Source of the DNA: an uncultured Clostridium sp.
GTDB taxonomy: Bacteria; Bacillota_I; Bacilli_A; RF39; UBA660
NCBI GenBank assembly: GCA_902492325.1
Contig: CABULC010000002.1
Span: 262,411 to 326,410 of the forward strand
Direction of reading: 5' to 3'
DNA length: 64,000 nucleotides
Each line of letters begins with the position of its first letter. The stretch's first letter is position 1. The notes beneath the pieces were generated by a model. It did not search any database and was not told the origin of the DNA. It saw only the letters and a list, made by a program, of their open reading frames with translations. Of the stretch, positions 28,678 to 39,492 are shown piece after piece. The translations under genes and the position numbers were made by a program.

Positions 28678-30532
28678 TGAAGAAATAGAAAAAATAGATA
28701 AAAAACAAGAAAAAATAAATAAAAGAGAAGCCAAAAAGGCTCAAAAAGAAAAACTTCGTATTTTAAAAGACGAAGCAAAAAAAATAAAGAAAGAACAAAA
28801 GGAGTATGATAGAGCCATACGTAAAAATATAGTTCTAACTCCTTGGACTAAATATTATAAAGATGGTGTAACCGAACACTTAAAGTATCCTAATGGAACA
28901 ATGGTAGGATACTTATTAGAAGCAGTTGCTAGATATCCAGAAGATATAGCAATTGAATATTATGGAAGAACTTATACTTATAGAACATTCTATGAAATGA
29001 TAAGAGATACAGCAAAATCATTAAAAGCTGAAGGAGTAAAAGAAGGAGATAAAATTGCAATCTTCATGCCAAATACACCTCAAGCAGTAATGATGTTTTA
29101 TGCTGCAAATATGATAGGAGCAGTTGCTGCTTTAATACACCCAATGTCAGCCGAAAATGAAATACAAGATTATTTAAATACTTCAGGGTCAACATTTCTT
29201 TTAACGTTAGATTTAATATATGAAAAAATACATAACATTATAGATAATACTAAAGTAAATAAAATAGTTGTAGCATCAGTTGGAGAAAGTTTAAAAAATA
29301 TTAAAAAGTTCTTATATAAATTTAAAAGTAGAGGAACTGTACCAAAAATAGAACTTTCTGATGATATCATGACTTGGAAAGAGTTTATTAATTATGGATA
29401 TGATTATGAAGGAGAAATAGCTTGCCTTAAAGGACCAAACGATCCAGCTGTTATTCTTTATAGTGGTGGAACAAGTGGTAAACCAAAAGGAATACTTCTA
29501 TCAAACCTTAACTTTAATGCTTTAGCACTTACTTCTCATAAAATGATAGAACAATCTGGCAATAAAGAATCAATATTAGCAATTTTACCAATATTCCATG
29601 GATTTGGTTTAGGAGTATGTATTCATACAACATTATGTTGTGGTATGAGAGTAGTATTAATACCAAAATTCTCACCAAAAGAATTTGCACATCTTCTTCA
29701 TAAACATGAAATATCAATAGTATGTGCAGTACCATCACTTTATGAAAGTATGACTAAAATGAAACTTGGAAAACATGATTTAGCTCACTTAAAATGTGCA
29801 ATTAGTGGTGGAGACTTTATGTCAAGAGATTTAAAAAATAAAGTTGATGCATACTTTAAAGAACATGGAAGTACAGCAGAAGTAAGAGTAGGATATGGAC
29901 TTACTGAAGCAAGTGCAGCAATTTGTGTAACACCAACAGGTGAATATAGAGAAGGTTCTATTGGAATTCCTTTCCCAGATACATACTTTAAAATAGTAAG
30001 AGTTGGAACTCATGATACAGTACCATACGGAGAAGATGGTGAAATTTGCATAAGCGGACCAACAGTAATGATGGGATACTTAAATAACTTAGAAGAAACT
30101 ATCCAAACACTTCAAGTACATAAAGACGGAAGAACTTGGTTACATACTGGAGATGTTGGATGCATGGATAAAGATGGATTTGTTTACTTTAAACAAAGAG
30201 TTAAAAGAATAATTATTTCTAATGGCTATAACTTATATCCATCACATATAGAAACAATAATAAATCAACACCCAGCAGTGTTTACAAGTACAGTAATTGG
30301 AATACCACACCCAAGAAAAGTACAAGTAGCAAAAGCATTTGTAGTTCTAAAAGAAGGATATACTCCAAGTAAAGAACTAGAAAAAGATATTAGAAAACAT
30401 TGTGAAAAAAATCTAGCAATTTATAGTTTACCAGCAGAATATGAATTTAGGGAAACACTTCCTAAAACAGCAGTTGGTAAAGTTGCTTATAGAGAACTAG
30501 AAAAAGAAGAAATGAATAAGGAGAATAAATAG
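28667..30532 (+). CDS. AMP-binding acyl-CoA/acyl-AMP ligase with ~55-aa K/E-rich N-terminal extension
   Basis: AMP-binding motif ILYSGGTSGKPKGILLSN, core motifs YGLTE and GDVG. Confidence 0.8.
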   Translation: MKNNEEIEKIDKKQEKINKREAKKAQKEKLRILKDEAKKIKKEQKEYDRAIRKNIVLTPWTKYYKDGVTEHLKYPNGTMVGYLLEAVARYPEDIAIEYYGRTYTYRTFYEMIRDTAKSLKAEGVKEGDKIAIFMPNTPQAVMMFYAANMIGAVAALIHPMSAENEIQDYLNTSGSTFLLTLDLIYEKIHNIIDNTKVNKIVVASVGESLKNIKKFLYKFKSRGTVPKIELSDDIMTWKEFINYGYDYEGEIACLKGPNDPAVILYSGGTSGKPKGILLSNLNFNALALTSHKMIEQSGNKESILAILPIFHGFGLGVCIHTTLCCGMRVVLIPKFSPKEFAHLLHKHEISIVCAVPSLYESMTKMKLGKHDLAHLKCAISGGDFMSRDLKNKVDAYFKEHGSTAEVRVGYGLTEASAAICVTPTGEYREGSIGIPFPDTYFKIVRVGTHDTVPYGEDGEICISGPTVMMGYLNNLEETIQTLQVHKDGRTWLHTGDVGCMDKDGFVYFKQRVKRIIISNGYNLYPSHIETIINQHPAVFTSTVIGIPHPRKVQVAKAFVVLKEGYTPSKELEKDIRKHCEKNLAIYSLPAEYEFRETLPKTAVGKVAYRELEKEEMNKENK

Positions 30533-30537
30533 TAAGT

Positions 30538-31926
30538 ATGAAAAAGTATGATGTGGCAATCATAGGTGCAGGTCCAGCAGGATTATTTTGTGCTTATGAA
30601 CTTAAAGAAAAAAATCCAAAAATAAAAGTAGCACTTATTGATAAAGGACATAGAGCAGAAACAAGAATGTGTCCTATGAAAGTCAATGGTGGTAAATGCG
30701 TTAATTGTAAAGTTTGCCAAATCTTGTCAGGATATGGCGGAGCTGGAACATTCTCAGATGGAAAATTAAACTTTATACCAAAGCTTGGAAAAAGTGATTT
30801 ATTTAAGTATATGTCACAATCAGAAGCATACAAACTTATAGATGATACAGAAGAAATATTTACTAAATTTAAAATGGATAGCGATGTTTACCCATCAAAT
30901 ATGGATGAAGCAAATCAAATTAAAAAAGAAGTTGCTAAAACAGGAGCTAGACTTTTAGTAATTAAACAAAAACACTTAGGTAGTGATAAACTACCAGGTT
31001 ATATAAAAGATTTTACTGATTATTTAGAAAACGAAGGCGTAGAAATATATGAAAACGCTAATGTTTCAGATATAATAAGTAAAAAAGAAGATGAACACGA
31101 ATTAGTAATAGATGGAAAAGAGAGTATAGTAGCTAAAAATGTAGTAGTAGCCCCAGGCAGAACTGGAGCTAAATGGATACAAGAATTAGCTGATAAATAT
31201 AGTATTCCATACACAAGTCAAAGTATAGAAATAGGTGTAAGAGTAGAAGTAAGAAAAGAAATATTAGAAGATATTACTAATGTAATTTATGATCCAACAA
31301 TATTTATAAAGACTGATACTTACACTGATGAAATAAGAACATTCTGTACTAATCCAGGAGGATTCGTAGCTAAAGAAAACTACTATGGATTTATATGCGT
31401 AAATGGTCACTCATTAAAAGATATAAAATCTAACAATTCAAACTTTGCATTTATTAGTAAAGTTGGTCTTACAGAACCAGTAACAAATACAAGATTATAT
31501 GGTGAAAGTATTGCTAGAATAGCTAACACTTTAGGAGATGGAAAACCAATAATCCAATCACTTAGAGATCTAAAAAAAGGAAGAAGAAGTGAATGGAAAA
31601 GAATAAACAAAGGTTTTATTGAGCCAACACTTAAAGATTGTGTAGCAGGCGATTTATCACTAGTACTTCCTCATAGAATAATTACAAATATTTTAGAAGG
31701 CTTAGAAAAGTTAGATAAAATAATTCCTGGTGTTAACAATGATGAAACATTACTTTATGGACCAGAAATCAAATTCTTTAGTAATGAAATAGATACTAAC
31801 AATAAATTTAAACTTGAAAATTATAATATATATTTTGTTGGTGATGGAGCTGGTAAAGCGGGAAACATAGTAACAGCAGCAGCAACAGGTCTAGTAGCAG
31901 CAAGAGATATAATAGAGAAAAAATAA
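30538..31926 (+). CDS. FAD-dependent oxidoreductase (COG2509-like)
   Basis: N-terminal dinucleotide-binding fold VAIIGAGPAGLFCAYEL. Confidence 0.7.
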   Translation: MKKYDVAIIGAGPAGLFCAYELKEKNPKIKVALIDKGHRAETRMCPMKVNGGKCVNCKVCQILSGYGGAGTFSDGKLNFIPKLGKSDLFKYMSQSEAYKLIDDTEEIFTKFKMDSDVYPSNMDEANQIKKEVAKTGARLLVIKQKHLGSDKLPGYIKDFTDYLENEGVEIYENANVSDIISKKEDEHELVIDGKESIVAKNVVVAPGRTGAKWIQELADKYSIPYTSQSIEIGVRVEVRKEILEDITNVIYDPTIFIKTDTYTDEIRTFCTNPGGFVAKENYYGFICVNGHSLKDIKSNNSNFAFISKVGLTEPVTNTRLYGESIARIANTLGDGKPIIQSLRDLKKGRRSEWKRINKGFIEPTLKDCVAGDLSLVLPHRIITNILEGLEKLDKIIPGVNNDETLLYGPEIKFFSNEIDTNNKFKLENYNIYFVGDGAGKAGNIVTAAATGLVAARDIIEKK

Positions 31927-31927
31927 T

Positions 31928-32875
31928 ATGGCAAATAAAAAAGAATTCACAGAAGAAGGATACTATAATTTAAAAATTTTTGCTCATGATTCTATACTAT
32001 TAGAAATGGTAGAAGATCATGTGGATTACTTAGATATGCTTATAAAAGCAACAATGGAAGGACTGGACCACTCCAAAGAACTTGTTCCAGAAGGAAGCTA
32101 CACAAAGAGTAATATAAAAGATACAATTGAATTAACAAAAGAATTTTTAGATTCAGTTAGTAATAATTATGGAAATAATTTTAAAAAATTTCTAAATGAT
32201 GGAACAGTAAATCTATATTATTTAGAAGACGAAGAAAGTGTAGAAGAAAATGGAGAATATGCATATTATGATCCGGACGATAAAGGACATAAAAATATAA
32301 ATATGCCACTTGAAGGAACAACTTTAGATTCATTTATCTTGACACACGAATTTATACATTCACAAAATTCTAGTGAAGAAGACGAATCATTAGATAGAGC
32401 ATTCCTATCAGAAGGAGTATCTAGAATGTATGAACTATTACTATATAGATATATGGAAGATAATCTTATTTTAAGAGATGACGCAAATGAATTTTTAAAA
32501 TATTATTTAAGAAGACTTTATAATAGTGCTGCTGCATTGAAAGAAATTACAGATGTTATTAAAAGATTTGATTCAACAAAAATTAATATAAATGAATTCA
32601 AAGAAAAGCCAAAATATGCGAGAAGGATATATCATGCAATTGAAACAAGATTTAAATATTTTATAGGAGAAGCACTTGCATTATATACATACTATAATGT
32701 AGAAAGAGGAATAGTAACTCCTAAAAATATAGAAGATATGTCAAATAGTTTAAATAAACATGGTAATTTTACTTCAATAAATTATATCTTACCAAAGATA
32801 CCAAATGAAGAAGAATTTACAAAAGCACTTATGGCAGTAAAAAATGAAGTAAGAAGCAAAACTATGAAAATATAA
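31928..32875 (+). CDS. HExxH protein, possibly short M3B (oligoendopeptidase F)-like zincin
   Basis: THEFIHSQNS then SEGVS ~18 aa later; start 1 nt after previous stop. Confidence 0.4.
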   Translation: MANKKEFTEEGYYNLKIFAHDSILLEMVEDHVDYLDMLIKATMEGLDHSKELVPEGSYTKSNIKDTIELTKEFLDSVSNNYGNNFKKFLNDGTVNLYYLEDEESVEENGEYAYYDPDDKGHKNINMPLEGTTLDSFILTHEFIHSQNSSEEDESLDRAFLSEGVSRMYELLLYRYMEDNLILRDDANEFLKYYLRRLYNSAAALKEITDVIKRFDSTKININEFKEKPKYARRIYHAIETRFKYFIGEALALYTYYNVERGIVTPKNIEDMSNSLNKHGNFTSINYILPKIPNEEEFTKALMAVKNEVRSKTMKI

Positions 32876-32969
32876 TTCATAGTTTTTTTATAAAAAAGTA
32901 CATGTAAAGTATAAAAAACTTGTTTATATTAAAGTTAAATAGTGATACCATTATAATGGAGGAATAAAA

Positions 32970-33677
32970 ATGGAAGAAACAAAGGAAAAAAAGAATATAT
33001 TATTTATAATAATATTTGTGTTATTAATACTAGAAACAGGTTATATAATTTATAGTAACTTTATCAAAACAGATAATAAACCTACTAATAATAATCAATC
33101 ACAAGTAGAAAATGACAAAACAAATGAAGATAACAACATAAAAGATGAACAAAATAATACGAGTGAAAATATAAATAACTATAAAGAAGTAAAAATTAAT
33201 AGTTTAGCAAGTAAACTTAGTAAACTAGACTTTACGAATAAAACAACTGCTACCGCTGGTGTAGATGATGAATTACCATTCTCAATAAGTATTATTTCAA
33301 ATAAAGAAGTAAAAGTAACGCACAATTATGCTAATTTAAGTTATACTCTTTCTATGGAAAATGCAATTTCTGTAGGTGCAGGATTTGGTGTTGAAGGACC
33401 TGGTTTCGCTGTATTCTACATCTTAACATCAAACGGAAGTGTATATAGAGTTGAAGATGATATGGAAAATGTTAGAACTAACAGTTCATATAAAGGCACA
33501 GCATTAGATATGGGCGTTAAAGAAGCAACACAAATATGCGTAACAGATAATATTACTCTAAATGATGAATCGCTTACAGCTTCACCTAATGTATATATTA
33601 AAACATCAGATAATAAAGTATTAACTGATGAAAGATTATTAGATAGTGAAAAAATAGTATCAGTAATTGAAAAATAA
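32970..33677 (+). CDS. Membrane-anchored N-rich extracytoplasmic protein, unknown function
   Basis: N-terminal TM then polar low-complexity region. Confidence 0.45.
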   Translation: MEETKEKKNILFIIIFVLLILETGYIIYSNFIKTDNKPTNNNQSQVENDKTNEDNNIKDEQNNTSENINNYKEVKINSLASKLSKLDFTNKTTATAGVDDELPFSISIISNKEVKVTHNYANLSYTLSMENAISVGAGFGVEGPGFAVFYILTSNGSVYRVEDDMENVRTNSSYKGTALDMGVKEATQICVTDNITLNDESLTASPNVYIKTSDNKVLTDERLLDSEKIVSVIEK

Positions 33678-33703
33678 ATATTAATTATGCAATCACAAAG
33701 AAA

Positions 33704-33732
33704 CTATGAATTATATTTCATAGTTTTTTAAT
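33704..33732 (+). terminator. Terminator
   Basis: aactatgaa-ttatat-ttcatagtt hairpin plus tttttt. Confidence 0.65.
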
Positions 33733-33805
33733 TATTTAAACTTTTATTCTTTTAAATGATTTTAATATATGTTAAAATATTACATAGATAAGAGAGGTAA
33801 CTATC

Positions 33806-34594
33806 GTGGGAAAAATAATATCATTAGTAAATCAAAAAGGTGGAGTAGGCAAGACAACAACAAGTATAAATTTATCAAGTTCCCTAGGGCACTTAGGTAA
33901 AAAAGTTTTACTAATTGACTTAGATCCACAAAGTAACAGTACAACTGGACTTGGGATAGATAGAGGTAAAATCAAAAAAAGCATATATAATGTAATAATG
34001 GGTGAATGTGATATTAAAGAAACCATTATTAAAACACCATTTAAAAATTTAAGTATTATTCCTGCATTAATAGATTTAGCAGGTGTTGATATAGAGTTAA
34101 TTCAAATAAGTGTACAAGATAAAGAATTTATAATCACAGAACAATTAAAAAAACAATTAGATACTATTAGAGATAGATATGATTATATAATTATAGATTG
34201 TCCACCAAACTTAGGTATATTAACAACTAATGCATTAGCTGCATCTGATTCAGTGTTAATACCAATTCAATGTGAATATTACTCATTAGAAGGAGTTAAT
34301 CAATTATTACATACAGTTCTTAGAATCCAACAAAAAGTTAACTCAAATTTAGATATAGAGGGAGTTTTATTAACAATGCTAGATGGAAGAACATTACTAG
34401 GTTTAGAAGTGGTAGAAGATGTACGTAAATTCTTTAATGAAAAAGTATTTAGTACAATTATTCCAAGATTAGTTAAACTAGTAGAAGCACCATCACATGG
34501 AAAACCAATACTAGAATATGATCCAAAAAGTAAAGGTGCCCTAGCATATTTAAATTTAGCCAAAGAGGTGATTGAAAGAAATGGAAACAAATAA
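33806..34594 (+). CDS. soj: Chromosome partitioning ATPase ParA/Soj
   Basis: Deviant Walker A KGGVGKTT; GTG start with AGAGGT RBS. Confidence 0.9.
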   Translation: MGKIISLVNQKGGVGKTTTSINLSSSLGHLGKKVLLIDLDPQSNSTTGLGIDRGKIKKSIYNVIMGECDIKETIIKTPFKNLSIIPALIDLAGVDIELIQISVQDKEFIITEQLKKQLDTIRDRYDYIIIDCPPNLGILTTNALAASDSVLIPIQCEYYSLEGVNQLLHTVLRIQQKVNSNLDIEGVLLTMLDGRTLLGLEVVEDVRKFFNEKVFSTIIPRLVKLVEAPSHGKPILEYDPKSKGALAYLNLAKEVIERNGNK

Positions 34595-35474
34595 GAGAAA
34601 AGCACTAGGAAGAGGTTTAGAACAATTATTTAGTAATGAGTCATTATACGTAAATCCAATTGATCCAATTGAAGAAATAGTAGAAAACACTCCAAAGGAA
34701 GACATTGTTGAATTAAACGTAAGTGAACTTAGAAGTAATCCATATCAACCAAGAAAAACTTTTGAACAAGAAAAATTAGTAGAACTAGCAAACTCAATTA
34801 AAGAGTTCGGTGTATTAGAACCAATTATTGTTAAAAAGACTATAAAAGGTTATGAAATAGTAGCCGGAGAAAGAAGAAAAAAAGCATGTGAATTAGTTGG
34901 AGTTGAAAAGATACCAGCTATTATAAAAGATTTTACTGATGAAGAAATGATGCAAATAGCTCTTCTTGAAAATATACAACGTGAAGATTTATCAGCAATC
35001 GAAGAAGCAGAAGCATATGCAAACTTAATTAAAGCATTAAATATAACTCAAGAACAACTAGCTAATAAAATAGGTAAAAGTAGAAGCTATATAACAAATA
35101 TGTTAGGACTTTTAAATTTACCAGAATCAGTTAAGAATGATATATTACATGGATTAATATCAATGGGACATGCTAAAGTATTAAGTAAACTTGAAAATGA
35201 AGAATTAATTTTAGAACTAGCAGAAAAAATAAAATTAGAACATTTATCAGTTCGTGCTTTAGAAGCATTAGCTCAAAATCCTAACTTCAAAAGAAAAAAT
35301 GAAGTAGTAAAAATAAAACCAGTTAATAATTATGGTTATGTAGAAGAAGCTATGAGAGATGCTATTGGTAGTAGAGTTAAAATTAAAAATAAAAAAATAA
35401 TCATTCCATTTAATAGTGACAAAGACTTAGAAAGAGTCCTTGAAATATTAAATATAGAAGTGAAAGTTGATTAA
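34581..35474 (+). CDS. spo0J: Chromosome partitioning protein ParB/Spo0J
   Basis: ParB box GERRKKA and HTH region; ATG with GAGGTGA RBS. Confidence 0.9.
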   Translation: METNKRKALGRGLEQLFSNESLYVNPIDPIEEIVENTPKEDIVELNVSELRSNPYQPRKTFEQEKLVELANSIKEFGVLEPIIVKKTIKGYEIVAGERRKKACELVGVEKIPAIIKDFTDEEMMQIALLENIQREDLSAIEEAEAYANLIKALNITQEQLANKIGKSRSYITNMLGLLNLPESVKNDILHGLISMGHAKVLSKLENEELILELAEKIKLEHLSVRALEALAQNPNFKRKNEVVKIKPVNNYGYVEEAMRDAIGSRVKIKNKKIIIPFNSDKDLERVLEILNIEVKVD

Positions 35475-35475
35475 A

Positions 35476-35661
35476 ATGAATAAAGAGTATAAAATAGGAA
35501 GCAAAGTTATTATGAAAAAACCACATCCTTGTGGAACAAACCTATGGGAAATCACAAGAGTAGGTGTTGATATTAAAATCAAATGCATTAAATGTGGTAG
35601 AAGCATAATGATGGATAGAATTGAATTTGATAAAAAACTAAAGAAAGTTGAGGAAATTTAA
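35476..35661 (+). CDS. DUF951 family small protein
   Basis: KIGSKVIMKKPHPCG...CIKCGR pattern. Confidence 0.55.
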   Translation: MNKEYKIGSKVIMKKPHPCGTNLWEITRVGVDIKIKCIKCGRSIMMDRIEFDKKLKKVEEI

Positions 35662-37193
35662 TGTTTAAAAAGAAATTAAAATTAAGTCCTATAATGACCT
35701 TTATAATTTTAATCTTCGTAACAATACTTTTAAGTGGCTTTCTACATTTAGTTAACACTCAAGGTGAGTATACAACAGTTAATAAAGTATCAAGTGAACT
35801 TATTAACAATGTAGTAGAAGTAAAAAGCTTATTTAGTACTAAAGGTATTAAACATATTATAACAACAGCGGTTAATGGATTTGTTAACTTTGAACCATTA
35901 GGTGCACTTATAATAGTTCTTATAGGAATAGGAGTTCTAGAAAAAACTGGTTTCATGAAAACATTCTTCACGATATTAACTAGAAATTCTAAGAGATACA
36001 CAATAACATATATACTAGTATTCTTAAGTTTAATATTTTCATTATTAGGTAAAGTTGGATTTGTAGTTATGTTACCAATAGGAGCACTACTATTCAAATA
36101 TGGAAGAAGAAATCCACTTGGTGGAATTATTGCATCGTTTGCATCTCTTTCATTTGGATATGGAATAAATGTGTTCATGTCAGCAAATGATAGTTCATTA
36201 TTAACAATGACATTAAATGCAGCAAACGTAACAGATCCAAAATATAAAATTGGAGTATTCTTCGCATTATTTATAATGATAGCAGTATTAATAATTACAT
36301 CTATAGTATTTACTCATATTACAGAGAAAAAAATAATGCCTAAGTTACCTAGAATGGAAACAGAGGAAGAAGAAGTAAAAATCACAAATAGAGAATTAAG
36401 AGGATTAATTATAGGGTTAGGTGCTGGATTCTTATATACATTAATAATTATTTATATGATAATCCCAGGACTACCTTTATCAGGAGCATTACTTGATTCA
36501 AGTAGTACAAAATATATAGATATGCTTTTCGGAGTAAATTCTATGTTTAATAAAGGATTCATATTTATAGTTACATTATTATTTGTAATAATTGGACTTG
36601 GATATGGATTAATGACAAAAACAATAAAAAATAATAATGATATAGCTGAAAGTTTAGGCTACTCACTAGATGGAATTGGAAGTATATTAGTACTATTATT
36701 CTTCGCATCATTATTTATTAATATTTATGATGAAAGCGGAATAGGAATGGTATTAGTAGCATGGACATCTAAAATAATAGGTGGACTAAAGTTTTCAGGA
36801 ATCGGACTAATATTAACAGTATTTGCATTAGTAGCGATAGTTAATATATTCTGTCCAAGTTCAACATTAAAATGGAGTATGCTATCAGGAAATACAGTAA
36901 CAGTATTAATGGCAGAAAGTATTAGCCCAGAATTTGCTCAAGTAATTTTCTCAGCAGCAGATTCAGTAACTAAAGGACTTACACCATTATTCATGTACTA
37001 TGTAATATATATAGCATTCTTAGAAAAATATAATAAAAGCAATGAAACAATTACATTATTTGGTAGTGCAAAATACATGATACCATATGCAACATATATA
37101 ACTGTTATTTGGGCAGTAATATTAGTAGCATGGTACTTAGTTGGACTACCAATAGGAATTAATACATTACCGGGGGTAACATATGGCGCTTAA
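35661..37193 (+). CDS. Polytopic membrane transporter (AbgT/YfcC-like, tentative)
   Basis: 510-aa multi-TM ORF. Confidence 0.5.
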   Translation: MFKKKLKLSPIMTFIILIFVTILLSGFLHLVNTQGEYTTVNKVSSELINNVVEVKSLFSTKGIKHIITTAVNGFVNFEPLGALIIVLIGIGVLEKTGFMKTFFTILTRNSKRYTITYILVFLSLIFSLLGKVGFVVMLPIGALLFKYGRRNPLGGIIASFASLSFGYGINVFMSANDSSLLTMTLNAANVTDPKYKIGVFFALFIMIAVLIITSIVFTHITEKKIMPKLPRMETEEEEVKITNRELRGLIIGLGAGFLYTLIIIYMIIPGLPLSGALLDSSSTKYIDMLFGVNSMFNKGFIFIVTLLFVIIGLGYGLMTKTIKNNNDIAESLGYSLDGIGSILVLLFFASLFINIYDESGIGMVLVAWTSKIIGGLKFSGIGLILTVFALVAIVNIFCPSSTLKWSMLSGNTVTVLMAESISPEFAQVIFSAADSVTKGLTPLFMYYVIYIAFLEKYNKSNETITLFGSAKYMIPYATYITVIWAVILVAWYLVGLPIGINTLPGVTYGA

Positions 37194-38289
37194 AGCAGGA
37201 ATTATAGGTCTTCCAAACGTAGGAAAAAGTACATTATTTAACGCAATAACAAAAAAGAACATCTTAGCAGCTAACTACCCATTCGCAACAATCGATCCAA
37301 ATGTTGGGGTAGTTACTGTACCAGATAAAAGATTAGAAACATTAAATGATATGTATATGCCAGAAAGATTAATACCAACTCAATATGAATTTATTGATAT
37401 AGCTGGTTTAGTAAAAGGAGCTTCAACTGGAGAAGGATTAGGAAACAAATTCTTAGCAAACATTCGTGAAGTTGATGCAATTGTACAAGTAGTAAGATGT
37501 TTTGAAAACAAAGATATTATTCATGTAGAAGGTAATATTGATCCGGTACGTGATATAGAAATAGTTAACTATGAACTTATTCTAAGTGACCTTGAAATAG
37601 TAGAAGGAAGACTATCTAGAATAGAAAAGAAAGCAGTAACATCAAATGATAAAGAAGCACTTTATGAAGTAGCACTTCTAAAAAAATTACAAGGAATTCT
37701 AAGTAGTGGGAAAATGCTTAGATTAGAAACATTTGATGAAAAAGAAAATAAATTAATTAAAACATACAATTTAATAACACAAAAACCATTCATTTATTTA
37801 GCAAATGTATCAGAAGAAGATTTACTATTAAAAGATAATGAATATGTAAATAAAGTACGTGAATACGCTGCTAAAGAAAATGCAAGTGTGGTACTTATGT
37901 GCGCTAAAATAGAAAGTGAACTTTCAGAGTTAGATGAAGAATCTAAGCAAGAATTTTTAAGAGATTTAGGAATTCAAAATAGTGGTTTAGACCAACTAAT
38001 TCATAACACATATCATTTACTTGGACTTAAGACATTCTTTACAGTAGGTAAAGATGAAGTAAGAGCATGGACATTTAAAGATGGAATGAAGGCACCAGAA
38101 TGTGCAGGACTTATTCATACAGACTTTGAACGTGGATTCATAAAAGCAGAAGTAATGAGTTATGATGATTTAGTAAACTATGGAAGTGAACTAAAAGTAA
38201 AAGAAGCAGGTAAAGCAAGACTTGAAGGAAAAGAATATGTAATGCAAGATGGAGATATTTGCTTATTTAGATTTAATGTTACAAAATAG
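37183..38289 (+). CDS. ychF: Ribosome-binding ATPase YchF
   Basis: G1 [16 protein letters not shown] domain C-terminus. Confidence 0.95.
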   Translation: MALKAGIIGLPNVGKSTLFNAITKKNILAANYPFATIDPNVGVVTVPDKRLETLNDMYMPERLIPTQYEFIDIAGLVKGASTGEGLGNKFLANIREVDAIVQVVRCFENKDIIHVEGNIDPVRDIEIVNYELILSDLEIVEGRLSRIEKKAVTSNDKEALYEVALLKKLQGILSSGKMLRLETFDEKENKLIKTYNLITQKPFIYLANVSEEDLLLKDNEYVNKVREYAAKENASVVLMCAKIESELSELDEESKQEFLRDLGIQNSGLDQLIHNTYHLLGLKTFFTVGKDEVRAWTFKDGMKAPECAGLIHTDFERGFIKAEVMSYDDLVNYGSELKVKEAGKARLEGKEYVMQDGDICLFRFNVTK

Positions 38290-38307
38290 ACCGAAAGGTC
38301 TTTTTTG
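38290..38307 (+). terminator. Terminator after ychF
   Basis: gaccgaaaggtc hairpin plus tttttt. Confidence 0.65.
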
Positions 38308-38355
38308 ATGTATAAAAAAAGATACTTCATTTGAAGTACCTTTGATTTTAATTAC

Positions 38356-38754
38356 TTATTTTATATCAATGAATTTCTTTGATTGTTTTTGTTCTTCTTT
38401 AGGGAAGTTAATCTTTAAAACACCATTATTGAAGTGTGCTTCAATAGATTTTTCATTAACGTTACCAACGTTAAATTGTCTTCTGAATGTACCAAATGAT
38501 CTTTCTTTACGATAGTAATTCTTTTCTTTATCTTCTTTTTCTTCATGTTTAGTAGCTACAATAGTAAGAATTCCATCATCTAAGTCGATTTTAACATCAT
38601 CCTTATTAAATCCTGGAACATCCATATCAATATGAATTTTACCGCCTTTTTCATAAATGTCGCATTTCATGTCATTCTTTGGCATTTTTGGCATTGTTGG
38701 TACAAAATCATCAAAGAAATCATCTAAATAAAACTTTTCTGGTAATAAACTCAT
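38356..38754 (-). CDS. Hsp20/alpha-crystallin small heat shock protein
   Basis: ACD pattern; start moved to second ATG with AGGAG RBS. Confidence 0.8.
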   Translation of the reverse strand: MSLLPEKFYLDDFFDDFVPTMPKMPKNDMKCDIYEKGGKIHIDMDVPGFNKDDVKIDLDDGILTIVATKHEEKEDKEKNYYRKERSFGTFRRQFNVGNVNEKSIEAHFNNGVLKINFPKEEQKQSKKFIDIK

Positions 38755-38898
38755 TATTTTCATCTCCTAACAATTATAATTATACTCAATAATTAGCACT
38801 TGTCAATAGAAAGTGCTAATTTTATAAAACTTTTTTGGAAAAATTTTACACTATTATTATATACATATTTGTAAATAATATAACTAGGAGGAAAAATA

Positions 38899-39096
38899 AT
38901 GAAAGAAGTACCTAATGTAATATCAATAAAAGACTTATTATACATAGAAGATATGCTTAATTGGAATTTTATTATGAATAAAAAAGTATATGCATATCTA
39001 GAATGTGTAGAGGATGAAAAAATAATAGACTTATTAACTAAAATAAAGAAAATGTATTTTAAACATTATAAGGATTTACTAGAAGTTTTAGAGTAG
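38899..39096 (+). CDS. Small protein paired with CotF-like gene
   Basis: ORF only. Confidence 0.35.
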   Translation: MKEVPNVISIKDLLYIEDMLNWNFIMNKKVYAYLECVEDEKIIDLLTKIKKMYFKHYKDLLEVLE

Positions 39097-39105
39097 GAGG
39101 ATATT

Positions 39106-39414
39106 ATGGAAGAAATTAAAAATAAATGTGAACAAACACCAAAAGATGAATGTATGAGCGAAGAAGATATATTAAATGATATTCTTTTATCAGAAAAAAA
39201 TATATCTAATAGTTATAGTGTTGCTATAAATGAAATGAGTAATAAATACTTATATAAAAAAGTAATGAGTATATTTGAAGACACTAAAGATATGGCTCGT
39301 GATATATTCAATTTAATGTTTGAAAAAGGTTGGTACACAGTACCAGTAGAAGAAGATAAGAAAATAGAAAAGTCATATACTAAATATAATAATAAACTTA
39401 GTGAGTTAAGTTAA
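39106..39414 (+). CDS. Spore coat protein F-like (Coat_F domain)
   Basis: EEDILNDILLSEKNISNSYSVAINE pattern. Confidence 0.55.
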   Translation: MEEIKNKCEQTPKDECMSEEDILNDILLSEKNISNSYSVAINEMSNKYLYKKVMSIFEDTKDMARDIFNLMFEKGWYTVPVEEDKKIEKSYTKYNNKLSELS

Positions 39415-39492
39415 AACAAAGATTAACGAAAGTTAATCTTTTTAATTTATAAAGTTCTTTTTTAAGTATATAAATTGTGATAAAATATTATT

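Noticed and set aside
27233-31610. Minus-strand small ORFs inside the CaCA gene, the acyl-AMP ligase gene and the FAD oxidoreductase gene
   Set aside because: Antisense to genes with clear catalytic motifs.
33700-35700. parS site near parAB
   Set aside because: I looked for TGTTNCACGTGAAACA-like 16-mers around parB and did not find a convincing match by eye. A computational scan is needed.
33832-36178. Minus-strand ORFs antisense to parA, parB and the transporter gene
   Set aside because: Inside well-supported genes.
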